DNA of 64,000 nucleotides from Alphaproteobacteria bacterium (GCA_965205265.1 CBDBGH010000003.1:3104001-3168000), one strand, 5' to 3'. Positions 29,654 to 41,755 are shown, counted from the stretch's first letter. A program made the numbers and translations. Notes: generated by a model from the sequence alone, not told the origin.

Positions 29654-30823
29654 ATGAAATACGATGTCATCGTCATCGGCGGCGGGCTGCACGGGTGCAG
29701 CACCGCATACCACCTGATCCGGCGGGAGCCCGGGCTCCGCATCGCGGTGGTGGAGCGCGACCCGGCCTATGAGCATGCCGCCTCCATCCGCTCCACCGCC
29801 GGCGTCCGCGTCATGTTCTCGCAGGAAGAGAATGTGCGCATGTCGCAATACGGCCATGAGTTCTACGGCAGCTACGAAGAGGCGATGGCGGTGGATGGCG
29901 AGCCGGCGACCGTCTCCTTCCGCCGCCAGGGCTACCTCTTCATCGCGACCTCCGCCCGGGCCGCCGCCGACATGCGGGAGAACCATGCGCTCCAGACGGG
30001 CCTCGGCTGCCATGTCGATCTCCTCGACGCGGGCGGGCTGGCGGCACGCTTCCCCTCGCTGCGCACGGACGACGCGGTCTGCGCCGCCCATTCGCCGGGC
30101 GACGGCTGGATCGATTCCCACGCCGCGCTCATGGGGCTGCGCCGCAAGATGCGGGCGCTCGGCGTTGCCTATGTCGATGGCGCCGTCGCCGGGTTGAATG
30201 CCGCCTCCGGCCTGGTCCGCTCCGTGGCGCTCGAAAGCGGCGAGGTTCTGGAGGGCGGCTGGATCGTCAACAATGCCGGCGGCTGGGCGCATGAAATCTG
30301 CGCGACGATCGGCCTCGACATTCCGGTCCGCCCGATGCCGCGCACGACCTGGTATTTCGAGTGCCGGGCGGAGATCGAGCCGATGCCGCTCACCATCGAT
30401 GCGGAATCGATCAGCTTTCGGCCGGAAGGTGCGGGCTTCATCGCCGGCATGTCCGATTATGAGCGCGCCGGCGACTTCGACTGGGAGCCGGACCTGGAGG
30501 CGTTCGAAAGCACGGCATGGCCGCGCCTCGCGCACCGCCTGCCGGCCTTCGAGGCAATCCGGCTCCGGAACGCCTGGGCCTGCCACTATGCTTACAACAT
30601 CTTCGACGGCAACATGATTATCGGCGCATGGCCGGGCGCGCCGGAGAACTTTCTGATGGCGACCGGATTTTCCGGCCACGGCCTCCAGCATGCGCCGGCG
30701 GCGGGCCGGGCGCTCTCGGAACTGATCCTGGACGGGCGCTTCACGACCATCGACCTCGACCGTTTCCATTGCCGCCGCGTCCCCGAAGGCAGGCGAGAGC
30801 CGGAGCGCGGCGTGACCGCCTGA
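29654..30823 (+). CDS. FAD-dependent oxidoreductase (DAO/sarcosine oxidase-like)
   Basis: DVIVIGGG, VNNAGGWA, ATGFSGHGLQHAPAAGR. Confidence 0.9.
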   Translation: MKYDVIVIGGGLHGCSTAYHLIRREPGLRIAVVERDPAYEHAASIRSTAGVRVMFSQEENVRMSQYGHEFYGSYEEAMAVDGEPATVSFRRQGYLFIATSARAAADMRENHALQTGLGCHVDLLDAGGLAARFPSLRTDDAVCAAHSPGDGWIDSHAALMGLRRKMRALGVAYVDGAVAGLNAASGLVRSVALESGEVLEGGWIVNNAGGWAHEICATIGLDIPVRPMPRTTWYFECRAEIEPMPLTIDAESISFRPEGAGFIAGMSDYERAGDFDWEPDLEAFESTAWPRLAHRLPAFEAIRLRNAWACHYAYNIFDGNMIIGAWPGAPENFLMATGFSGHGLQHAPAAGRALSELILDGRFTTIDLDRFHCRRVPEGRREPERGVTA

Positions 30824-30922
30824 AGCGCTCGCCCGGCGGCAGGCACAAAGCTGGATTCTTTCAATCGGTCACTCATTGACTTTCAATTGGTCAACCGATG
30901 CAAGGGTTACGCCGCGCCATGT

Positions 30923-31552
30923 TCAGAACAGCGGATGGCCGAGGGCGGCTTGCAGATCGGCCAGCGCCTGCGCCTCGGTCTCGACCTTGATGGTCGCCAT
31001 GCCCATGGCGCGGGCCGGCTTGAGGTTGATGCCGAGATCGTCGAGGAAGACGCAGGCCGACGGTTCCACGCCAAGGCGCTCGCAGGCGATGCGGTAGAAG
31101 GCCGGCTCCGGCTTGCGCACACCCGCCTCGCGCGACTCGACCACCGTGTCGAACAGCGCCATCGCGTCCGCGATCTGCCGGGCGCGGGGGCCGTCTTCGC
31201 CCGGCGCGCGCATATTGTTGGTGAGGCAGGCCGTCCGGTAGCGGGCCGCGACCGCCCGGAGCGCCGCCACCATGCGCGGCCGCACCGGGCCCTGTATGAG
31301 GTCCAGGATTTCGCCGGCGTCGAGCCTGTAGCCGAGCGCCGCCGCCTCGGCCTCGAAGCGCCCGCAGAACGCCGCCCGGTCGATGTCGCTGCGCTCGAAC
31401 AGCGCCCAGGCATTGCCGTCCGGATTGCGGCTGTTGATGCGCCGGATCGCCCCTTCCGGCAGGCCGTTGGCGCGCTCGTAGCGGGCGAAGGCGTCGAAGG
31501 GGCTCTCCGTCAGCACGCCGCCGAAATCCCAGAGCACCGCCCCGACGGTCAC
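30923..31552 (-). CDS. HAD-superfamily hydrolase (IA)
   Basis: WDFGGV, LTNN, RKPEP, FLDDLGINLKPA. Confidence 0.9.
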   Translation of the reverse strand: MTVGAVLWDFGGVLTESPFDAFARYERANGLPEGAIRRINSRNPDGNAWALFERSDIDRAAFCGRFEAEAAALGYRLDAGEILDLIQGPVRPRMVAALRAVAARYRTACLTNNMRAPGEDGPRARQIADAMALFDTVVESREAGVRKPEPAFYRIACERLGVEPSACVFLDDLGINLKPARAMGMATIKVETEAQALADLQAALGHPLF

Positions 31553-32647
31553 GACGCGCCTTCCTGGCAGCGGGCCGGGCTGAGCGCCGCCTCCTCCAGG
31601 CCAAGCTCCCGGACCTCCGGCGGCAGGCCCTCGCCGGCCGCCAGCGAAGCCACCGCCATGCCCATGGCGGGCGCGGTCTGGATGCCGTAGCCGCCCTGTC
31701 CCGCGCACCAGAAAAAGCCCGGCGCCCCGGAGTCGAAGCCCACGACCGGCGTCTTGTCGGCAACGAAGCTGCGCAGCCCCGCCCAGCGGCGTTCTATGCG
31801 GCGAATCCGGAATGTCGTCGCATGCTCGATCCGGTCCACCGCCATCGCCACGTCGATCTCCTCCGGCTGCGCATCGCAGGGCGGCGACGGCGTCTCGTCG
31901 GCGAGCGAGCCGAGCGCGCGGCCCGATTCCGGCTTGAAGTAGAACTGCTCATCGACATCGACCGCCATCGGCCAATCCCCGGTCTCGGCCGGGAAGGTGA
32001 AGGCGGTCCGCCGCTTCGGCACAAGGCCGACAGGTGCTGCGCCGGCAAGCGCCGCCATTTCGTCCGCCCAGGCCCCGGCGGCGTTCACCACGATGGGGGC
32101 CTCCAATGCGTCCCCGCCCCGGAGCGCCACCCGCCAGCCGCTTCCGCGCCGTTCAAGCCCTTCCACCTCCGCATTGCGCCGGAGCGGCACGCCGCGAAGG
32201 AAGCCCCGGTGCATGGCATGCACGTCGATATCCGCCGCCTCCGGCTCGAATACCGCGCCCGCCACATAGTCCGGCCGGAGCGCCGGAATGAGTTCGCAAA
32301 CGCCTGCGCTGTCCAGCATCCGGATTTCCGGCACGAACCGCCGGCCGTCTTGGAATGCGCCTTCCAGCGAGTCCGCCTGGTCGCGGCGTCCGAACAGCGC
32401 CAGCCCCCGCGGCAGGAGCAGCGGCACCTCGGAAAAGCCGCCAGGAGGCGCGTCGAAAAACGGCTTCGAGGCAACCGTCAGCGCCCGGATCGCAGCGTTG
32501 CCATAGGCCTGGGTATAGAGCGCCGCCGAACGCCCGGTGGTGTGGTAGCCCGGCTGGTCTTCCCGCTCCAGCAACAGCACGTCGAAACGCCGGGCGAGGA
32601 AGTGCGCAGCGGACGCCCCGGCCATGCCGGCGCCGATGACCGCGATG

Positions 32648-32655
<8 letters not shown>
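31549..32655 (-). CDS. FAD-dependent oxidoreductase (D-amino acid dehydrogenase DauA-like)
   Basis: IGAGMAG, GYHTTGRSAA, WAGLRSF, GQGGYGIQT. Confidence 0.88.
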
Positions 32656-34425
<1,770 letters not shown>

Positions 34426-34437
34426 GGGAGCCGCCTT

Positions 34438-35304
34438 TTGCAGGAACACCGCGCAGGGCCGGAGGTAAAGGCCGAAACGCCGGTTCAGGCGACCCTGCGC
34501 CGGGCCGTGTTCGCCCTGCTCGTTACCGTGTCCCTGGTCGCGCTGGTCGTCGGCAAGGCGGAAGTCTATGTCTTCGACTGGGTCAAGAGCGGTGTGGGGG
34601 ACCTGCTGGCTCCCGTTCTGCAGACGGTGACCCTGCCGGTGCGGGCCGCGCGCGATATCGGCAGCAATCTCGGCCGGGTGGCGGCGCTTACCGAGGAAAA
34701 TACCCGGCTCCGGGAGGAGAATGCGCGCCTGCGCCAATGGCAGTCGCTCGCACTCAGGCTGGATGGGCAGAACCGCGAACTGCGCCGCCTGCTGCGCTTC
34801 GATCCGGGCGAGGAGGTTCACACAGTGGCCGCGCGGGTCATCGCCGACACGGGCGGCCCCTACGCCCGCAGCATGCTGATGGACGCCGGCAGCCGCCAGG
34901 GCGTTCGCGCCGACCAGGCGGTGATCTCCGGCGAGGGACTGGTCGGACGGGTGATGTCGGCGGGCGCGCGCAGCGCGCGCGTGCTGCTGATTACCGACCG
35001 GCGCTCGCATGTTCCGGTGCTGGCGGGTCCGGACCGGGTCCATGCCATTCTGGTCGGCAATAACAGCGCCCGGCCCAATCTGCGCTTCCTGCCGCGGAAT
35101 GCCGCTCTGGCAGCCGGAGATGTCATCGTCACTTCCGGTCGCGGCGGGCTATTTCCTCCCGGCCTTCCCGTCGGCGATGTCAGCGCTGCCGCGCGCTCGG
35201 GCGGCGGCGTGGAAGTGGTGCCGCATGTGGACTGGACGCGGCTGGAGTTCGTTCGGGTCATTGACCGGGACGCGCCGGACGTCGCCGCGCTTGCCGGGGA
35301 ATAA
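34438..35304 (+). CDS. mreC: Rod shape-determining protein MreC
   Basis: TM plus coiled coil ENARLR, GLVGRV, TSG.GGLFPPGLPVG; operon position; start uncertain. Confidence 0.92.
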   Translation: MQEHRAGPEVKAETPVQATLRRAVFALLVTVSLVALVVGKAEVYVFDWVKSGVGDLLAPVLQTVTLPVRAARDIGSNLGRVAALTEENTRLREENARLRQWQSLALRLDGQNRELRRLLRFDPGEEVHTVAARVIADTGGPYARSMLMDAGSRQGVRADQAVISGEGLVGRVMSAGARSARVLLITDRRSHVPVLAGPDRVHAILVGNNSARPNLRFLPRNAALAAGDVIVTSGRGGLFPPGLPVGDVSAAARSGGGVEVVPHVDWTRLEFVRVIDRDAPDVAALAGE

Positions 35305-35801
35305 TGCTGGCGCATCTCGACCGGGCGGCGCGCGCGGCGGTTCCCGCAGCAAGCATTATCGTGTTGCTGCTCATCTCGCTCGTGCCCTGGATCGGCGACC
35401 GCGCCGCGCCCGCCCTTGCCGTTGCGGCAGTGCATTACTGGGCCGGGCGGCGCCCGGACCTCGTGCCGGCCCCCTTCGTCTTCGCTGTCGGCCTCACACA
35501 TGACAGCGTCGCGGACGCGCCGTTCGGCCTCATGGCGCTCGTCTATCTGTTCGTGCTCGGGGCCGCGCGCAGCCAGCGCTTCCTGGTGGTCGGCCAACCC
35601 TTTGTCTCCGGCTGGGCGGTGTTCACCGTCGTGGCGTGCGCGGCAAGCGCGATCGCATGGCTCGGGGCTTCCCTCTATTACGGCGCGGCGCTCTCGGTCG
35701 GAGCGCCCCTGGCCGTGCTCCTGCTTACCGTGCTGACCTTCCCGGCCGTTGCGGGCGCGCTGGCCGTTCTGGATTCCGCGGCGTTGAAACGGAGCGCCTG
35801 A
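35304..35801 (+). CDS. mreD: Rod shape-determining protein MreD
   Basis: Hydrophobic, HYWA..RPD; between mreC and mrdA. Confidence 0.85.
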   Translation: MLAHLDRAARAAVPAASIIVLLLISLVPWIGDRAAPALAVAAVHYWAGRRPDLVPAPFVFAVGLTHDSVADAPFGLMALVYLFVLGAARSQRFLVVGQPFVSGWAVFTVVACAASAIAWLGASLYYGAALSVGAPLAVLLLTVLTFPAVAGALAVLDSAALKRSA

Positions 35802-37612
35802 TGACGGGCGTTCGCAGCAGGACCCAGTCGATCCGCCGCCGCGCCCTGCTCGTCGGCGGCGTCCAGGTCGGCCTGATCGGGCTGCTGGCGGGGCGCCTGG
35901 TGCAGCTGCAGGTGGTGGAGGGCGAGCGCTATTCGCGCCGCGCCGAGGACAACCGCACCACCGAACGCCCGCTGGTGCCCGAACGCGGCGAGATTCTGGA
36001 TCGCCGGGGCCGGCCGCTGGCCCGCAACCGGGAGACCTACCGCCTGCTGCTGGTCCCGGAAAAGGCCGGCCCGATCGATGTCGCGCTGGATGAAATCGGG
36101 CGTCTCGCGACACTCGGCCCGGCGGCGCGCGAGCGGGTCCGAAGACTGGTGCGAAAGCAGCCGGGCTTCGAGCCGGTCGTCGTTCTCGACGACATGTCAT
36201 GGGAGGAAATGGCCCGTCTTTCGCTGGCAATTGCAGAACGCGAGGGCATTTTCACGAATGCCGCGCAGCGCCGGATCTATCCGCTCGGACCGGCGGCCGC
36301 CCACGCCATCGGCTATGTCGGCCGTGTGTCGCAAAAGGATCTGGAACGGTCCGACTCAGCCTCCCTGCTGCGCATGCCCGATTTCCGTATCGGGAAAACA
36401 GGCGTCGAGCGCACCCAGGACGATACATTGCGGGGCGCGGCCGGCACACGCCTGATGGAGATTACCTCCACCGGCCGCCAGCGGCGGGAGTTGGGGCGGC
36501 AGGAAGGCCTGTCCGGCGAAACGCTTCGCCTCACGCTCGACGCCGAGCTCCAGCGTTTCGCAGCCGGCCTGTTCGGGGAGGAGACGGGCGCGGCCGTATT
36601 GATGGATGTGCACAGCGGCGCCCTGCTGGCCACCGTGTCGGCGCCCAGTTTCGACCCCGGCGCCTTCCACGACGGCATCGCAGACCGGCAGGAGTGGCTG
36701 TCTCTCGCCGGCGACCCCCTGCATCCGCTCAGCAACCGCGCCGTTTCCGGCCAGTATGCGCCCGGATCGACCTTCAAGATCGCCGTCGCGCTGGCGGCGC
36801 TCGAAGCGCGGGTGGTGTCGGCGGACCAGCGCTTTTTCTGCAACGGCGTCCACGAGCTCGGCACCGGGCGGTTCCACTGCTGGCGCCGCGGCGGACACGG
36901 GCATGTCGATCTCTTCAAGGCGCTCCAGCAGTCCTGCGACATCTACTTTTACGAAATCGCGCGCCGGACGGGCATCGACCGGATCGCGGCAATGGCGAGG
37001 AAGCTGGGCCTCGGGGCGGCAACCGGCGTCGAACTTCCCGGAGAGCATGACGGGCTCATTCCCACCAAGGCGTGGAAGCGCCAGGCGCGCAACGAATCCT
37101 GGCAGGTAGGAGAGACGCTGCTCGCCGGGATCGGCCAGGGCTACGTGCTCGCCACGCCGCTCCAGCTGGCGACCATGACCGCCCGGCTCGCCAATGGCGC
37201 CCATGCAGTCCTCCCCAGGCTGATCGGCGGCGGGAACGCCCCCGAGCTCAAAATCGACAGACGATTTCTGAGGGTTGTGCGCAAGGGCCTGACCGCCGTC
37301 ACCGGCTCGCGGCGGGGCACCGCCTGGAATGCCCGCATCGAGGAAGCCGGGTTCGAGATGGCAGGCAAGACCGGCACCTCCCAGGTCAGGCGCATCTCCA
37401 GGCTCGAGCGCCGGCTCGGCGTTCGCAAGAACGAGGACCTGCCGCGGGAACAGCGCGACCATGCGCTCTTCGTCGGCTACGCGCCTGCCGACAAGCCGCG
37501 CTACGCCGCCGCCGTCGTCGTTGAGCATGGCGGCAGCGGGTCCAAGGCAGCCGCGCCCATCGCGCGCGACCTGCTGCTGGCCGCCCAGAAGGCGGAGACC
37601 GTCGCATCATGA
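35801..37612 (+). CDS. mrdA: Penicillin-binding protein 2
   Basis: PERGEILDR, PGSTFK (SxxK), SCD, GKTGT. Confidence 0.95.
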   Translation: MTGVRSRTQSIRRRALLVGGVQVGLIGLLAGRLVQLQVVEGERYSRRAEDNRTTERPLVPERGEILDRRGRPLARNRETYRLLLVPEKAGPIDVALDEIGRLATLGPAARERVRRLVRKQPGFEPVVVLDDMSWEEMARLSLAIAEREGIFTNAAQRRIYPLGPAAAHAIGYVGRVSQKDLERSDSASLLRMPDFRIGKTGVERTQDDTLRGAAGTRLMEITSTGRQRRELGRQEGLSGETLRLTLDAELQRFAAGLFGEETGAAVLMDVHSGALLATVSAPSFDPGAFHDGIADRQEWLSLAGDPLHPLSNRAVSGQYAPGSTFKIAVALAALEARVVSADQRFFCNGVHELGTGRFHCWRRGGHGHVDLFKALQQSCDIYFYEIARRTGIDRIAAMARKLGLGAATGVELPGEHDGLIPTKAWKRQARNESWQVGETLLAGIGQGYVLATPLQLATMTARLANGAHAVLPRLIGGGNAPELKIDRRFLRVVRKGLTAVTGSRRGTAWNARIEEAGFEMAGKTGTSQVRRISRLERRLGVRKNEDLPREQRDHALFVGYAPADKPRYAAAVVVEHGGSGSKAAAPIARDLLLAAQKAETVAS

Positions 37613-38784
37613 AAGCCTGGGAAGTGCGCGAGCCGGGCCTCGGCGTCGGCGGACTGCTGCTGCGGATAGACTGGGTGCTGGTCATTCTCCTGGCGCTCAC
37701 GACCGCAGTCGGGTTCGCCATGCTGTATTCGGCCGCCGGGGGCGACATCCGGCCCTGGGCCGGCCCGCATGCCCTGCGTTTCGGCGCCGGCCTGGCGGTC
37801 ATGATGGCCGTTGCGCTGATCGATATCCGGTTCTGGCTGCGTTGCGCCTATCCGATCTATGCCGCCTCCCTCCTGCTCATTGTCGGGGTGGAGTTCCTGG
37901 GCGAGGTCGGCATGGGGGCCCAGCGCTGGCTGAAGCTCGGCCCGCTGTCGGTCCAGCCGTCCGAATTCATGAAGATCGCGCTGGTGCTCGCACTCGCCCG
38001 CCATTTCCACGCCCTCGACGAAAGGGAGGCGAACGGCTGGCCCCGGCTGCTGCTGGCGCTGGCGCTGATTGCGGTCCCGGCGATGCTGGTGGCGCGGCAA
38101 CCGGATCTCGGCACGGCGGCCATGATCGGGGCCGGCGGCATGGCGCTGCTCTTCCTAGGCGGCATCTCCTGGCGGCTGTTCGCGCTTTTCGCCGTCGCGG
38201 CGGGGGCGCTGGTGCCGGCGGTCTGGTACGGGCTGAAGGACTATCAGCGCGACAGGGTGCTCACCTTCCTCGATCCCGGGCGCGACCTCACCGGCGCCGG
38301 CTATCACGGCTTTCAGTCGAAAATCGGCATCGGTTCGGGCGGCGAATTCGGAAAGGGTTATCTGGAGGGCACGCAAAGCCATCTGGGCTTCCTGCCGGAA
38401 AGCCACACGGACTTTATCTTCACCGTCATTTCCGAGGAATTCGGCCTTGCCGGCGGCCTGTTCGTGCTCGCGCTCTATCTGGCCATCATGGGCTACGGCT
38501 TCGCCATCGGCTTCATGGCGCGCAACGATTTCGCCCGGCTGCTGGCTTTCGGCGTCACCTTCACCTTCTTCCTGTTCGTGTTCGCCAATGTCGCCATGGT
38601 CGCCGGCCTGATCCCGGTGGTCGGCGTGCCGCTGCCGTTCATTTCCTATGGCGGCACGGCGATGCTGACGCTCCAGATCGGCTTCGGCCTCGTGCTCTCG
38701 GCCAAGGTTTACCGGGATGTCGAAATGGAGGAGGACGCCTCCGGCCGACCGGCGGGTCCGGGGTCGATCGCCGCGATGCGCTGA
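37609..38784 (+). CDS. rodA: Rod shape-determining protein RodA (SEDS)
   Basis: GAQRW, QPSEFMK, QPDLGT, LPESHTDFIF, PFISYGG. Confidence 0.95.
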   Translation: MKAWEVREPGLGVGGLLLRIDWVLVILLALTTAVGFAMLYSAAGGDIRPWAGPHALRFGAGLAVMMAVALIDIRFWLRCAYPIYAASLLLIVGVEFLGEVGMGAQRWLKLGPLSVQPSEFMKIALVLALARHFHALDEREANGWPRLLLALALIAVPAMLVARQPDLGTAAMIGAGGMALLFLGGISWRLFALFAVAAGALVPAVWYGLKDYQRDRVLTFLDPGRDLTGAGYHGFQSKIGIGSGGEFGKGYLEGTQSHLGFLPESHTDFIFTVISEEFGLAGGLFVLALYLAIMGYGFAIGFMARNDFARLLAFGVTFTFFLFVFANVAMVAGLIPVVGVPLPFISYGGTAMLTLQIGFGLVLSAKVYRDVEMEEDASGRPAGPGSIAAMR

Positions 38785-39245
38785 ACCATCCTCGGGCCTT
38801 CCACCCTCCCGTGCTCATAGGCCAGCACGACAAGGCGGCCAGCGACCGCCCGGAGCAGTTCGCCCGGCCGCAAAAGGAAGTCCGGATTGCGCGGACGCCC
38901 GAAGGCCTCCTGACCCCGGGCGAATGTTTCGTAGAGCAGGAGGCCGCCCGGCGCGACAAGCGAAACCGCGGCGGGAAGCGTCGGGCGGTGGAGGTAGTTG
39001 ACCACCACCACGGCCCCGAACCGCCGGTCGGCGAAAGGCCAGGGGCTGCCGTCCTCGAGGTCCCAGGCAAGGCCGCCCGGCAGCCGGGAGACGTCCCTGT
39101 CCACGGCGAGCACCGGATGGCCGCGGGCGGCGAAGAACCGCGTATGCCGGCCTCCGCCGGCGGCAAGGTCGAGCACGGGCGCGGCGGGCGGCACGAGATG
39201 GGCGAACCGCGCGATCCAGTCCGAGACTGGCGTCGGTCCCTTCAT
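38709..39245 (-). CDS. Class I SAM-dependent methyltransferase
   Basis: VLDLAAGGGRH, VNYLHR, YETF, FLLRPGEL. Confidence 0.85.
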   Translation of the reverse strand: MKGPTPVSDWIARFAHLVPPAAPVLDLAAGGGRHTRFFAARGHPVLAVDRDVSRLPGGLAWDLEDGSPWPFADRRFGAVVVVNYLHRPTLPAAVSLVAPGGLLLYETFARGQEAFGRPRNPDFLLRPGELLRAVAGRLVVLAYEHGRVEGPRMVQRIAAIDPGPAGRPEASSSISTSR

Positions 39246-39262
39246 GACACTATATGTGAAGC

Positions 39263-39685
39263 ATGATCGTTTACCGGCTCACCTGCACGAACGAACACGA
39301 GTTCGAAGCCTGGTTCCGCGACAGCGCCGCCTGCGACGCGCAGATTGCGGAGGGCAAGGTGATGTGCCCGCATTGCGGCGACAGCTCGGCGCGCAAAAGC
39401 CTGATGACGCCCAATGTCGCGCCCAAGGGAACGGACAACGCCGCCGACGAGTCCTCGGCGCGACGGGCCGCCATGATGCGGGAGCTCCGGGAGCTGCGCC
39501 GCAAGGTCGAGGAAAACTGCGATTATGTCGGCCCCCGCTTCGCGGAAGAGGCGCGCCGCATCCATTACGGCGAGACCGACAGCCATGCGATCTACGGCGA
39601 AACGACGCCTGACGAGGCGAAGTCGCTGACCGAGGAAGGCATCGAATTCGGCCGCATCCCCTGGGCGCCCAGGCTGGACAGCTGA
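39263..39685 (+). CDS. DUF1178 family protein
   Basis: MIVYRLTC..HEFEAWF, CPHCG, YVGPRFAEEARRIHYGE. Confidence 0.92.
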   Translation: MIVYRLTCTNEHEFEAWFRDSAACDAQIAEGKVMCPHCGDSSARKSLMTPNVAPKGTDNAADESSARRAAMMRELRELRRKVEENCDYVGPRFAEEARRIHYGETDSHAIYGETTPDEAKSLTEEGIEFGRIPWAPRLDS

Positions 39686-39705
39686 GCGGCCGGACCACCC
39701 CTTCC

Positions 39706-41043
39706 TCATCGCCCCCCGACCGTCATGGCCTCGACCCGCAGGGTGGGGGCATTCACCGTGCCGCGGAATACCAGATCGTCGGCGGCGTCGAGGCCGAGCA
39801 GCATGTCGCGCAGCTCCCCGGCTATGGTGATCTCGCTCACCGGCTCGGCGAGCTCGCCGCCCCGAATCGCGAAACCCGCCGCGCCCTGGCTGTAGCGCCC
39901 GGCGACGAGATCGACGCCGTGCCCCATCAGCGCGGTCACGAACAGGCCGTTTTCTATCTCCCCGATCAGCTCTTCCGGCGAAAGGCGGCCCGGTTCGAGG
40001 TAGAGATTGGACGATGCGGGGCCGGGCGCAGACCCGGCGCCGCGGGAGGCATGGCCGGTCGGCTCAAGGCCCAGCTGACGGGCGGAGCGCAGGTCCAGCA
40101 GCCATGAACGAAGCACGCCGCCCTCGACCAGCGCCCGGCGCTTGCAGGGCAGGCCTTCGGCGTCGAACGGGCGCGAGCCGAGGCCCCGCCCCCGGCCCGG
40201 ATCGTCGATCAGGTTCATGCCGTCCTTCAGCACCGCCTCGCCCATGGCGTCCTTGAGGAAGCTGGTGCCGCGCGCAACGGCCGCGCCGTTGATGGCGCCG
40301 GCAATCGCGCCGACCAGGCCCCCGGCCAGCCGCTGCTCGAAGACCACCGGCATTAAGGCCGTGTCGGGCTTGACCGGCCCGAGCCGCTTCACCGCGCGCT
40401 CGCCCGCGCTGCGGCCCACCGCCACCGGCTCCGCGAGGTCCGAAGCATGGACGGCGCGGGACCAGTCATATCCGCTTTCCATCGCCGTGCCCTCGCCCGC
40501 CAGGACGGACACCGACAGCCCGCATCCCGACCTCCGGTAGCCGCCCGAGAACCCGTTGCTCGAGACGAGCGCGATACGGGTCTCGCTGCGGCTGGCGCCG
40601 GCGCCCTCGGAATTGGTGACGCCCGCGACATCGAGCGCCGCCGCCTCGGCTTCCAGGGCGTTGCGGACAAGGTCTTCCGAAGCCGTTTCGGCGCCGTCGT
40701 AAAGGTCGAGTTCCGGCCACTGCTGCGCCAGAAGCGCCGGCTCCGCCAGCCCGGCATGGGGGTCTTCGGGCGCGGCCCGCGCCATGGCGACCGCCCGCTC
40801 GACCAGCGCGGACGCGGTTTCCGCCTGCCGGTCGGCGGTGGCGACGATCGCCTGGCGGCGCCCGACCAGCACGCGCAGCCCGGTCTTGCGCAGCTCGGAG
40901 CGCTCCATATGTTCGATCTTGCCGAGCCGCACCGCCGCATCCAGCGAGCGGCTGTCGATATCGACGGCATCGGCCTCGTCGGCGCCCCGGGCGCGGGCTT
41001 CGCGCACAAGGCCGCCCAGGAAGTTCAGGACATCGTTTTCCAT
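39706..41043 (-). CDS. pmbA: TldD/PmbA family protein (PmbA-like)
   Basis: GLRVLVG, NSEGA, SRPFDAEG, TGHASR, PVSEITIAG. Confidence 0.88.
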   Translation of the reverse strand: MENDVLNFLGGLVREARARGADEADAVDIDSRSLDAAVRLGKIEHMERSELRKTGLRVLVGRRQAIVATADRQAETASALVERAVAMARAAPEDPHAGLAEPALLAQQWPELDLYDGAETASEDLVRNALEAEAAALDVAGVTNSEGAGASRSETRIALVSSNGFSGGYRRSGCGLSVSVLAGEGTAMESGYDWSRAVHASDLAEPVAVGRSAGERAVKRLGPVKPDTALMPVVFEQRLAGGLVGAIAGAINGAAVARGTSFLKDAMGEAVLKDGMNLIDDPGRGRGLGSRPFDAEGLPCKRRALVEGGVLRSWLLDLRSARQLGLEPTGHASRGAGSAPGPASSNLYLEPGRLSPEELIGEIENGLFVTALMGHGVDLVAGRYSQGAAGFAIRGGELAEPVSEITIAGELRDMLLGLDAADDLVFRGTVNAPTLRVEAMTVGGR

Positions 41044-41109
41044 GGCGCGCCGAACATAGCCCACGGAACCGCCGCCGTCTTCCGACGGAACGTCATTCCG
41101 CAACGCAAC

Positions 41110-41141
41110 AAAAAAGGGCCGCCCCCTTTCGGGAGCGGCCC
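41110..41141 (-). terminator. Rho-independent terminator of the phasin gene
   Basis: Minus strand gggccgctcccgaaagggggcggccc followed by tttttt. Confidence 0.85.
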
Positions 41142-41166
41142 GGCGCGAAGGGGAGGAACAACGCGC

Positions 41167-41625
41167 CTATGATTTTGCAGGTGCGGCCTTCTCTGCGGGC
41201 TTGGGGGCCGGCGGGACGACCATGGCGGCCGTCTCGTCCATGGCCTCGCGGACGCGCTTGTCGATCAGGCCGAACACCTCGCGGCCGGTCCTGGCCGACA
41301 TGTCCGCAAGTTCCCCGGCGCCCGCGACCGCGGAGTCCCAGGCGCCCCTGGCGAAGGCTGCGCCGCGCTCCGCCTTGTCCTCGAAGCTCGCATCGCCGGA
41401 GAACAGGTTCATGTTGGCGGCGGAGGCCTCGACCGCCTCGCGCGCCAGTTCGCCCTGCCGGCGCATGAAGGCGCCCGCGCCCTCGAAGGCCGTCTGGCCG
41501 GCGGCCGTCATGGCCTCGACATTCTTGCGGTGCAGCGCCATGGCGCCTTCGGCGTCGAAGGCCGGGATCTTGAAATCGGCCATGAACCGGGCCGGATCGA
41601 AGTCGGCGAAGGGCATCTTGTACAT
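41167..41625 (-). CDS. phaP: Phasin (PHA granule-associated protein)
   Basis: RKNVEAMTAAGQTAFEG...RRQGE; Ala/Lys-rich tail; PhaR-like sites upstream. Confidence 0.88.
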   Translation of the reverse strand: MYKMPFADFDPARFMADFKIPAFDAEGAMALHRKNVEAMTAAGQTAFEGAGAFMRRQGELAREAVEASAANMNLFSGDASFEDKAERGAAFARGAWDSAVAGAGELADMSARTGREVFGLIDKRVREAMDETAAMVVPPAPKPAEKAAPAKS

Positions 41626-41690
41626 CGGTCTCTTGGTCTCCGTTCCAGTCTCGCAAGCCGCCCGCCGCTAAAGGCATGCGACCGTCTTCT

Positions 41691-41752
41691 CGCAGCGCAA
41701 TATGATTATGCTGCGATGCAGCGTCAAGTCTTTTTTTGTGCGCCGCACAAAT
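41691..41752 (-). promoter_or_regulatory. Phasin promoter with PhaR-type operator palindromes
   Basis: TTGACG-N17-CATATT on the minus strand; palindromes gctgcgatgcagc and ttgtgcgccgcacaa (TGC-N3-GCA cores). Confidence 0.7.
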
Positions 41753-41755
41753 TTT

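Noticed and set aside
29457-29657. 66-aa ORF as a possible gene remnant (RhuM-like IVRKLPVTA)
   Set aside because: Similarity too short to support.
30592-30876. 94-aa minus-strand ORF starting in the AT-rich islet
   Set aside because: Almost wholly antisense to the FAD oxidoreductase; no recognisable family.
38709-38784. Convergent 3' overlaps (rodA/methyltransferase; also 20316-20361)
   Set aside because: Short non-conserved C-terminal run-ons are common in GC-rich genomes.
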